From an uncultured Clostridia bacterium (GTDB lineage Bacteria; Bacillota; Clostridia; Christensenellales; Borkfalkiaceae), in assembly GCA_947625555.1 (NCBI GenBank), contig CANQOT010000006.1, positions 14,248 to 78,247 on the forward strand: DNA of 64,000 bases, given 5' to 3'. Position numbers and translations under genes: made by a program. Positions within the stretch are counted from its first letter, which is position 1, and the number at the start of each line of letters is the position of its first letter. Of the stretch, positions 9,115 to 17,253 are shown piece after piece. A model generated the notes under the pieces. It did not search any database. It had not been told where the DNA came from and worked only from the letters and a program-made list of their open reading frames with translations.

Positions 9115-11307
9115 TTATTTTTGCTTGGTAAGTCCCGACCAACTTGTGCCGTTGAGGGTGATATTCAATGCGCCGACGCCCTCATCGCTCGTGGCTTTCT
9201 GCCAACTCCACTCATTTTTGAGCGTCCCCGTCACGCCTTCCGCTTCGAAGGTGATCGTCTCCGTCGTCTCGTCGTAACCCGTGACGGTCACGGAGAGATT
9301 TGTATAGCCCTTGAAGGTGATCGTGATGGTAGTGCCGTTGATGACGACGACGTTATCGCCGCTCTTGTAAGTCCCGTTCCAGCCCGTGGGCAGGGTGATC
9401 GTTCCGCTCTCTTCTTTGGCGGTAAAGCTGTAGCTATTGATCCCGATCGTGGCGGCTAAGGTCTTTTCCGCACTGTTATAGACGAGGGTGTGACCGCTCG
9501 CGCCCCAAGTGATGGTCGTTGTGTCGCCCTCCGTCGAGACCGCCGTCACATCGCCCGAGAAGGGAAATTCCCCGTTGACCGTCACGGTGTACTTTGTAAG
9601 GGTGATCGTCGCCGCGCCGCTTGTGCACACCCAGTTGATATCGAGGATCTCCTGCGGGATCTCGGCGAGGTCGATTTCTGCGAGGGTGAAGGCGACCGTC
9701 CCCGAAGGACTCGTCATGCCCGTTTCGTCCGTGGGATCGGCGATCCCGACATTGATGGTGTAAATTTTCCCCTCATCGAGGCGGAATTTTACAGTTGCGT
9801 TAACTGCGCCCATCCACTCGGAGAGGACGTTGTGCCCCGTCTCATCTTCGATGGAGATCATAGCCTCGCAGTTTGCAGTACTCACAGTGGTCACGGTGAG
9901 CTCGTACATCTTGGTCTCGGTCACGGTGACGGTGAAGAATTTCCCCTCGACCGTCGTATTCTCCGACCATGTCCTCGTTGTAAGTTCGTCCTGCGTGAGC
10001 GGGATGGGGTTGCCCTGCGTGCCGGGCGAGCGGTCGGGATGATGGCCTTCGGTGAAGAGGAAGACGCTCTCGTCCTCACCCGTTCCCCAAGCGAGGAGAA
10101 GGGAGGCGCCGTTTTCGGGGAAGGACATGGTGTAATCTTTTCCGCCAAGCGTGAAGAGATATCCGCCGTTCGTATCCGCGAGCCCGAGCTCAACGGCTGT
10201 TCCGTTATAGGTGACCGTCCATGCGTCGCCGTTCTTTGTGAGGACGACGGTATGTGTAGGATCCTCTGCAAGGTCCGTCCACGTGCCTGCATAGGCGGCG
10301 GGAATGGTGAGAGCCGTCTTGGCGATCGTGATGGGAAGATCGCCGCCCACCGCTTCGGCGCGGAAGTCCGCAAAGCGGAAGCTGTACGTCTCGCCCGCCT
10401 TGAGTTGGAAGGGATAGGATTCCGCCTTGATGTTCCAAAGGGCGATGGGGTGAAGGTGGTCGCCGTCCTTGGCAATGTTCACGTCCACGATATAGGAATC
10501 TTCATAGGTGAGGGTATAGATGGCTGTCTCCGTCGCCGTGTAGCTGTAATAGACGTACGCAGTGCCCTCATCATCCGCATAGGCGGGAAGTTTCACCGTC
10601 TGCGCGCCCGCAAAGGGGCTGGCGAAGAGGTAGGGGTTTGCGAGGGTGCCGTCGGGCGTCGGCAGCAGTTTGACGGTGATCTCCGTCTTTTCGGCCGTAA
10701 GAAGATTTTTGGGGCCGTCGACTTCGTTGTCATAGACATACCCTTCGGGAACGCCCGAGAGGATATGCACCTCGTAGGTCGCTTCGGGCGCCTCGATGGT
10801 GACCTTGCCCTGCGCGTCCGTCTTGGTCGTATCGCCGCCGAAGCAGCTGCCGCCCTCGTCGCCGACGGAGCAGATCTGGATCTCCGCGCCCTCGACGGGT
10901 TCGTCCTTATCGTTGACAACTGTGATCGTGAAGGCAACGTTCTCTTCCGTATCCGCGAGGGTGAGGGCGACGGTCACGTCGGGCTTTGCCTCGGAGACGG
11001 TGGCGGGCTCCCAAGTATATTCCTCGGGCACCCCCGAAAGTTCGACCTGATAGGTCCCGGGCGCGGCCTCGAAGGTCGCTTTGTCGGCCGTGAGCGCCTT
11101 TGCCGCGCAGCCCTCGACGGTGATGCCGTTCTCGTTCGTCAGTTCGACTTTGACGTCGTCGAGCACTGCGCTGTCGTCGCAGGTGACGGTGACGGAATAG
11201 TCGACGGTCGTCTGTTTTTCGCCGCCGCAGGCCGTTGCCACGCCGCATACGCCGAGGGCGAGGCACAGGGAGAGCGCCGAGAAAATGATTTGCTTGTAAT
11301 GTTTCAT
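9115..11307 (-). CDS. Secreted lipoprotein with two prealbumin/CarboxypepD_reg-like domains and two PPC-like beta domains; function unknown
   Basis: 730 aa from ATG 11307 (MKHYKQIIFSALSLCLALGVCGVATACGG lipobox; RBS ggagg 7 nt upstream). Ig-like segments YSVTVTCDD..VELSGVPEEY and FTITVVNDKDEPVEGAEIQI..HILSGVPEGY. Two G-[TS]-x-x-NP-initiated domains. Lies 34 nt upstream of 7200..9080, so probably the same operon. Confidence 0.7.
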   Translation of the reverse strand: MKHYKQIIFSALSLCLALGVCGVATACGGEKQTTVDYSVTVTCDDSAVLDDVKVELTNENGITVEGCAAKALTADKATFEAAPGTYQVELSGVPEEYTWEPATVSEAKPDVTVALTLADTEENVAFTITVVNDKDEPVEGAEIQICSVGDEGGSCFGGDTTKTDAQGKVTIEAPEATYEVHILSGVPEGYVYDNEVDGPKNLLTAEKTEITVKLLPTPDGTLANPYLFASPFAGAQTVKLPAYADDEGTAYVYYSYTATETAIYTLTYEDSYIVDVNIAKDGDHLHPIALWNIKAESYPFQLKAGETYSFRFADFRAEAVGGDLPITIAKTALTIPAAYAGTWTDLAEDPTHTVVLTKNGDAWTVTYNGTAVELGLADTNGGYLFTLGGKDYTMSFPENGASLLLAWGTGEDESVFLFTEGHHPDRSPGTQGNPIPLTQDELTTRTWSENTTVEGKFFTVTVTETKMYELTVTTVSTANCEAMISIEDETGHNVLSEWMGAVNATVKFRLDEGKIYTINVGIADPTDETGMTSPSGTVAFTLAEIDLAEIPQEILDINWVCTSGAATITLTKYTVTVNGEFPFSGDVTAVSTEGDTTTITWGASGHTLVYNSAEKTLAATIGINSYSFTAKEESGTITLPTGWNGTYKSGDNVVVINGTTITITFKGYTNLSVTVTGYDETTETITFEAEGVTGTLKNEWSWQKATSDEGVGALNITLNGTSWSGLTKQK

Positions 11308-11618
11308 AAAAAAACCTCCGAACATGATCGGAACGCATGCGGGAAAGTCTCGCGCGTTCCATAATTCATCTCTATCATCATATCACAGAGCGCAGAAAAA
11401 ATGCAAATGATTTTCATGATTTTCTAAAAATTTATATGTATTTTTTGTCAATTTACGCTGATATTTGCGCATAATTGCATTTTTTGATGAATTTTTACGG
11501 GCGAAGGTGACGGGCGGCGGCCGTTGGCGCGAAGGGGAGGGCGGCAAGGGTGGGCAGGGGGCGCGAAAAAGTTTGCAAACAACACACAAAAACCGTCAAT
11601 TTTTTTCAAAAAGGAGTA

Positions 11619-11647
11619 TTGACAGTGTAAATAATTGTTGCTATAAT
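11619..11647 (+). promoter_or_regulatory. Consensus sigma-70/SigA-type promoter for malQ
   Basis: TTGACA (11619-11624), exactly 17 nt spacer, TATAAT (11642-11647). It sits 50 nt upstream of the malQ ATG. Confidence 0.6.
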
Positions 11648-11697
11648 ACCTTTTGGATTTTCACAAAGTATGCATGTTTCAGTTCGGAGGGATCTCT

Positions 11698-13212
11698 ATG
11701 GAAAAGAAAAGGGTTTGCGGGATTTTGATGCCCATCTCGGCGCTGCCTTCCGCGGAAGGGATCGGGACGCTCGGCAAAGAGACGTTCGCCTTCCTCGACT
11801 TCATGCAGGAGACGGGCCAGAGCATCTGGCAGGTCCTGCCGCTCAACCCCACCAACTATGGCGACAGCCCCTATCAGTCGTGCTCGTCCAACGCGCTCAA
11901 TTACTATTTCATCGACCTCGAAACGCTGGCCGGCGAGAGGCTCCTCACCAAAAAGGAGATCAAGGAAGCCGACCTCAAAGGGGATCCCCGCCGCGTGGAC
12001 TACGGCAAGCAATTCTACAATAAGATCGTCCTCTTGAAGAAGGCCTTCTCCCGCTTCAAGCGCACCGAGGAGTTTTCCGCGTTCGTCGAAAAGGGGGAAT
12101 ATGCCGATTTCGCCCTCTTCATGGCCCTCAAAGAAAAATTCGGCCATAGGGCATGGATAGAATGGGACGAACCCTACAAAACTTATAACGAGGAGACGGT
12201 CGCCGCCTTCGAAAGGGAAGCGGCGGACGAGATCTTGTTTTGGCACTTTACGCAGTACATCTTCCTCAAACAGTGGCATGCCGTGCAGGAGTACGCCCAT
12301 GCGCGCGGCATTTCGATCATGGGGGATATCCCGCTCTACCTCGCCTACGACAGCGTGGAGATGTGGAAGTACGGGAAAAAGATCTTCCGCGTGGACGAAC
12401 ACAGGACGCCCGCCGCGGTCGCGGGGTGCCCGCCCGACGCCTTCTCGGACGACGGCCAGCTCTGGGGCAATCCCGTCTACGATTGGGAGGGGATGAAGAA
12501 GGACAACTTTTCATGGTGGAGCGCGCGGATCGACGGCAATCTCAAACTCTTCGATATCCTCCGCATCGACCATTTCCGCGGGTTCGACCGCTACTATTCC
12601 ATTCCCTACGGCGCTAAGAACGCCCGCATCGGCGAATGGGTGGACGGGCCCAAGGAGGCGCTCTTTGCAGACAAGCTCGGTTATAATATTGTCGCGGAGG
12701 ACCTCGGCGTCATCGACGACGGCGTGAGAAGGCTCATGAAGTTCGTCGGCTACCCCGGCATGAAGATCATGGAGTTCGCCTTCGACGGCTCGCCCGACAA
12801 CGAGCACAAGCCCGCCCTGTGCACCGAGAACTTCGTCGCCTACACGGGAACGCACGACAACATGCCTCTTAGGCAGTATATCGACGATCTCAAAGGGTGG
12901 GAGATGGAGCGCTTCAAGCGCGATCTTCTCGCGCAGGGGGAGGCGCTCGGCGTGAAGGTCTATACCACCTCTTCGGCCGCCATGACGAGGAGCGTCATTC
13001 GCCTCGCCTATGCCTCGCGGGCGAATACGGTGCTCATTCCCATGTGGGATCTGCTCGCAATGGGAGGGGAGGCGCGCATCAACTTGCCGTCCACCGTCTC
13101 TCCCGCGAATTGGAGTTGGCGCTTTGTGCGCAGGGATTTTACGAAGTCTGTAAAAAATTTCCTCAAAACACTTGCAATTCGCTTTGGGCGGGTGTATAAT
13201 ATTGACAAATAG
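11698..13212 (+). CDS. malQ: 4-alpha-glucanotransferase (amylomaltase, GH77)
   Basis: 504 aa from ATG 11698 (RBS ggaggg). Motifs GILMPISALPS..GIGTLG, SPYQSCS, RIDHFRGF, VAEDLG and YTGTHDN. Confidence 0.92.
   Translation: MEKKRVCGILMPISALPSAEGIGTLGKETFAFLDFMQETGQSIWQVLPLNPTNYGDSPYQSCSSNALNYYFIDLETLAGERLLTKKEIKEADLKGDPRRVDYGKQFYNKIVLLKKAFSRFKRTEEFSAFVEKGEYADFALFMALKEKFGHRAWIEWDEPYKTYNEETVAAFEREAADEILFWHFTQYIFLKQWHAVQEYAHARGISIMGDIPLYLAYDSVEMWKYGKKIFRVDEHRTPAAVAGCPPDAFSDDGQLWGNPVYDWEGMKKDNFSWWSARIDGNLKLFDILRIDHFRGFDRYYSIPYGAKNARIGEWVDGPKEALFADKLGYNIVAEDLGVIDDGVRRLMKFVGYPGMKIMEFAFDGSPDNEHKPALCTENFVAYTGTHDNMPLRQYIDDLKGWEMERFKRDLLAQGEALGVKVYTTSSAAMTRSVIRLAYASRANTVLIPMWDLLAMGGEARINLPSTVSPANWSWRFVRRDFTKSVKNFLKTLAIRFGRVYNIDK
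13172..13200 (+). promoter_or_regulatory. Near-consensus promoter inside the 3' end of malQ, reading into the ABC transporter genes
   Basis: TTGCAA (13172-13177), 17 nt spacer, TATAAT (13195-13200), with TG immediately upstream of the -10. The 12-bp perfect palindrome TTTTGCGCAAAA (13232-13243) sits about +25 to +37 from the expected start. Confidence 0.5.
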
Positions 13213-13419
13213 TTGGAACTTCTCACAAAAATTTTGCGCAAAAACGGCAAAATTTTCACAAAAGCGTGATCTTTCGGCACATCTCGGCCGCCGCACGAAG
13301 GGGTGCGGCGGGCTTCCCCGCTTGAAAGGGGGGAAATCGTTCGGTTTGACGGGGAAACCCTAAAAATACACTTCTCATCTTTTATCGTAATGATAAAAAT
13401 AAATTTGGAGGTGAATTAG

Positions 13420-14721
13420 ATGAGAAAACGTTTTATAGCTCTTTTTGCATGTAGCGCATTGGCTGCATCGAGCCTTGCGGGCTTTGCGGCATGCGGCGGC
13501 GGTGGCACCAAACTGCTTGTTTGGGGCGCTCCCAACCAGCAGAATCTTTTGAGAACGCAGGCGGAGGCATTCCAGGAAGCCAATCCCGATCTCAACGTGA
13601 AGTTCGAGTTCGGTATCTGCGGCGAGGGCGATGCTTACTCGAAAATGTCTACCGACCCCAAGTCGGGCGCGGACGTTTACGCTTTCGCGAACGACCAGCT
13701 CATCAACCTGGTGAGGGTCGGCGCTCTCGCCCCCCTCAACCCGGAGGTCGTCGCGGCGATCAAGACGACGGACTTCAACCCCGCTCTCGAGAGCAGCAAG
13801 GTTGCCGAAAACTACTACGGCTATCCCTTCACCGATAACGGCTTCTTCCTTTACTACGATAAGAGCGTCGTCTCCGAAGAAGAGGCGAAGGACCTCGATT
13901 CCATCGTCGCGGCGTGCAAAGCGAAGAACAAGAAGTTCATCTTCGAATACACGAACAGCTGGTATGCGCTCTCCCTCGCTTACGGCGCAGGCGGCTCGTA
14001 CAAAGTTACCTTCGGCGGCCAGAATGGCACGGAGCTCTTGACCGAGGAGACCACCCTCGACCAAGTCCCCGACGGCGGCAGATATTCCTATGCGTACCTC
14101 GCGGGCGTCAAGCTCAACGAGCTCGAACAGCAGAATCTCACCGTCATCTCCACGGACGGCGATACGCAGATCAGCGGTACCCTCAACTCGGGGACCTTCG
14201 GCGCATGCGTCCGCGGCGTGTGGGAAGCTGCGAACATCAAGGAAAAGCTCGGCGACAACTTCGCTGCGACCACCCTTCCTACCTGGAAGGCCGTCGACGG
14301 CAAGACCTATGAGTGGCACACCTTCGCGGGTTACAAGCTCTGGGGCGTCAACCAATATTCCAAGCACGTCGCGCTCGCGCACCAGTTCGCTTCCTTCCTC
14401 GCCAGCAAGGAGCAACAGCAGATCCGCTACGAGCAGACGGGCATCGAGCCCACCAACCTCGAACTCCGCGAGACGGACGCCATCAAGAACGACCAAGCCG
14501 TTCAGGCGATGTACGCGATGATCAACAACGGTCTCTCCATCCTGCAAGAGTCCTTCCCGCAGTCCTATTGGACGGCAGCGGAGAACTTCGCCAAGGATAT
14601 CATCAAGTGGAACCTTGACGATAAGAGCGATAAAGATATCAACGATCGCGTCAAGACGCTCTGCGAGGGTCTTACCGCCGATGTGAACGGCACTTCGCAG
14701 CCCGAAACGCCCGCCGAATGA
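13420..14721 (+). CDS. Sugar ABC transporter substrate-binding lipoprotein (maltose/maltodextrin-type by context)
   Basis: 433 aa. Lipobox FACSALAASSLAGFAACGGGG; RBS ggaggtg. SBP family-1 features (KLLVWGAP.., ENYYGYPF). Located between malQ and MalF/G-like permeases. Confidence 0.82.
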   Translation: MRKRFIALFACSALAASSLAGFAACGGGGTKLLVWGAPNQQNLLRTQAEAFQEANPDLNVKFEFGICGEGDAYSKMSTDPKSGADVYAFANDQLINLVRVGALAPLNPEVVAAIKTTDFNPALESSKVAENYYGYPFTDNGFFLYYDKSVVSEEEAKDLDSIVAACKAKNKKFIFEYTNSWYALSLAYGAGGSYKVTFGGQNGTELLTEETTLDQVPDGGRYSYAYLAGVKLNELEQQNLTVISTDGDTQISGTLNSGTFGACVRGVWEAANIKEKLGDNFAATTLPTWKAVDGKTYEWHTFAGYKLWGVNQYSKHVALAHQFASFLASKEQQQIRYEQTGIEPTNLELRETDAIKNDQAVQAMYAMINNGLSILQESFPQSYWTAAENFAKDIIKWNLDDKSDKDINDRVKTLCEGLTADVNGTSQPETPAE

Positions 14722-14740
14722 GCATCGCATAACCTTTACG

Positions 14741-14770
14741 ATATGGGGCAAAGTTTGCTTTGCCCCATAT
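14741..14770 (+). promoter_or_regulatory. Intercistronic 13-bp perfect hairpin after the binding-protein gene
   Basis: atatggggcaaag (14741-14753), loop tttg, ctttgccccatat (14758-14770). No U-tract follows. It lies 20 nt after the stop and 22 nt before the next ATG. Confidence 0.6.
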
Positions 14771-14791
14771 CCTAAATAGCGGAGGTTTTAT

Positions 14792-16303
14792 ATGGAAAAA
14801 ACAGTTTCGGAACTGGAGTACCTCGGATTGAGCGCATGGCAGAAGTTCGGCTATAACTTCTGCGCCTTTTTCCGCAAACTCCCCGCCGCCTTTTTGAGCA
14901 TCTTTACCGTCCTCATTCCCAAGCTCGCCCGCAAGGTGTGGGGAGCGATCAAATCCTTCTTCACGACGCTCTATAACGCCATGGTCCACGGCGATTGGAA
15001 AACGAGGCTTGCCTTCGTCGTCATGGGCTCTTCGCAGCTTGCGAGGAAGCAGATCGCGCGCGGGCTCATGTTCCTCGCCTTTGAAGTGCTCTTTATCCTG
15101 TACATGGTATGCTTCGGCGGCGTACAGCTCGGCGAGCTCTCGGCGCCCGACGGCTTCGTCGGTTCGCACGTTACGGCGCCCGGCGGCTGGGTGAACGGCG
15201 AATGGGTGGACCGCGACGTCGGCTCCGACAGCCGTCTCGTCCTTCTCTACGGCATCCTCACGATCATCTTCATCGTCGCCTTTGCCTACGCGTGGTATGC
15301 CAACATCAAGTCGGCCTATGCCGTGCAGCAATACCAAGAGGCGCGCCAGCACATCACGACGGCGAAGGAAGATCTCAATGCACTCGCCGATTCGCAGTAT
15401 CACAAGACGCTCCTCACCGGTCCCCTGATCGGGCTCACGATCTTCACGATCCTGCCCATCATCTTCATGGTGTTCTTGGCCTTCACCAACTTCGACCAAC
15501 AGCACATGGCGCCCGCACAGCGCTTCCAATGGATCGGGTGGGAAAACTTCAAGTCGCTGTTCTCGGGAGGCGTTGCCTTCGGCCGCGTCTTTGGGAAGCT
15601 CCTCTTGTGGACGGTCGTGTGGGCGTTCTTTGCGACGTTCACCAACTACATCCTCGGCATGATCGTCGCCCTCGTCATCAACAAGAAGGGGATCAGGCTC
15701 AAAAAACTGTGGAGAACGGTCCTCATCATGACGGTCGCTGTCCCGCAGTTCGTCTCCCTCCTTTTGATGAGCCAGATGTTCGGGCTATACGGCGCGATCA
15801 ATACGATCTTCGGCACGCATGTCAACTGGCTGGGGGGCGACCCGACGCTTGCGCGGTTCATGGTCATCCTCATCAACATCTGGGTGGGTATCCCGTTCAC
15901 CATGCTCATGGTCACGGGTATCCTCATGAATATCCCGGCCGACCTCTACGAATCTGCCAAGATCGACGGCGCGGGCCCCGTGAGAATGTACTTTAAGATC
16001 ACGCTCCCTTATGTGTGGCACGTTACGACGCCGTCGCTCATCAGCAACTTTATCGGCAACCTCAACAACTTCGGCGTCATCTTCCTTTTGACGGGCGGCG
16101 GCCCCAGCTACACCGACGGAAAATCCGACCCCGCGGGGCAGACCGACCTTCTCATTACATGGCTGTATAAACTCGTCATGGATAAGAACTTGTACGGTCT
16201 CGCCTCCGTCATCAGTATTATGATGTTCCTCATCACGGCGGTCATATCGCTTATCGTGTATAACCGGTCCAAAGCAGTCAAGAACGAGGAGGATTTCATG
16301 TGA
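14792..16303 (+). CDS. Sugar ABC transporter permease, MalF-like
   Basis: 503 aa, multi-TM. EAA loop LYESAKIDGAGPVRMYFKITLP. Large periplasmic-type insert after TM3, as in MalF. Confidence 0.85.
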   Translation: MEKTVSELEYLGLSAWQKFGYNFCAFFRKLPAAFLSIFTVLIPKLARKVWGAIKSFFTTLYNAMVHGDWKTRLAFVVMGSSQLARKQIARGLMFLAFEVLFILYMVCFGGVQLGELSAPDGFVGSHVTAPGGWVNGEWVDRDVGSDSRLVLLYGILTIIFIVAFAYAWYANIKSAYAVQQYQEARQHITTAKEDLNALADSQYHKTLLTGPLIGLTIFTILPIIFMVFLAFTNFDQQHMAPAQRFQWIGWENFKSLFSGGVAFGRVFGKLLLWTVVWAFFATFTNYILGMIVALVINKKGIRLKKLWRTVLIMTVAVPQFVSLLLMSQMFGLYGAINTIFGTHVNWLGGDPTLARFMVILINIWVGIPFTMLMVTGILMNIPADLYESAKIDGAGPVRMYFKITLPYVWHVTTPSLISNFIGNLNNFGVIFLLTGGGPSYTDGKSDPAGQTDLLITWLYKLVMDKNLYGLASVISIMMFLITAVISLIVYNRSKAVKNEEDFM

Positions 16304-17232
16304 TGGAAGCCACTACGAAACAGAAAAAGATGCGCAGCATGAAGGTGATGCGGCGCACGACGAATGCGATCATCTATGTGATCCTTGTCGTTATCAGCAT
16401 TATCTGGCTCTTCCCGTTCTTCTACCTCATCATCCAATCGTTGAGAGGGGAGACGGGCAACTACACGAATTACTTCTTCCCCAAGAAGTGGACGTTCGAT
16501 AACTACATCCACCTGTTCACCAATGAGGGATACAACTCGGGCACGGGGAAGATCGAATCTCTCCAAGCCTACAACTTCATGACATGGTACGGCAGGACGT
16601 TCCTCATCGCCGTCGTCGTCACCATTGTCCAGACGGTCATCGTTCTCGTCACGAGCTATGCGCTCTCGCGTATGCGCTTCAAGATGAGGAAGCCGCTCAT
16701 GAACCTCATGCTCATCCTCGGGATGTTCCCCGGGTTCATGTCGATGACGGCGCTCTACTTCCTCCTGCAGCTCATCGGCCTTACGCAGAATATGAGTACG
16801 GTCGGGCTCATCCTCGTCTATGTGGGGAGCTCGTGTATGGGCTACTATATCTGTAAGGGCTTCTTCGATACCATCCCCAAATCGCTGGACGAAGCTGCCC
16901 GAATAGACGGGGCGAGCCGGCAGCTCATCTTTTTCAAGATTATCCTGCCGCTCTCCAAGCCCATCATCGTCTATACGCTACTTACGGCATTCATGGGCCC
17001 TTGGGGCGACTACATGTTCGCATCGCTCATCGCCAACGGCAATCCCGCATATTGGAACGTGGCCGTCGGCTTGCGCGACATGGTACAGCCGCAGACGCTC
17101 CTGACATATTCCGATTCCTTCCAGCGTTTCTGCGCGGCAGGCGTCGTAGTCTCCCTTCCCATCACCATCCTGTTCTTCATCTTGCAGAGGTACTATGTGG
17201 AAGGCGTAACAGGCGGTTCCGTAAAGGGGTAA
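16300..17232 (+). CDS. Sugar ABC transporter permease, MalG-like
   Basis: 310 aa. EAA loop LDEAARIDGASRQLIFFKIILP. The start is GTG 16300 or ATG 16303, overlapping the upstream stop; RBS gaggagg. Confidence 0.88.
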   Translation: MMEATTKQKKMRSMKVMRRTTNAIIYVILVVISIIWLFPFFYLIIQSLRGETGNYTNYFFPKKWTFDNYIHLFTNEGYNSGTGKIESLQAYNFMTWYGRTFLIAVVVTIVQTVIVLVTSYALSRMRFKMRKPLMNLMLILGMFPGFMSMTALYFLLQLIGLTQNMSTVGLILVYVGSSCMGYYICKGFFDTIPKSLDEAARIDGASRQLIFFKIILPLSKPIIVYTLLTAFMGPWGDYMFASLIANGNPAYWNVAVGLRDMVQPQTLLTYSDSFQRFCAAGVVVSLPITILFFILQRYYVEGVTGGSVKG

Positions 17233-17253
17233 ATCCGCAAAGGAGATTTTATT

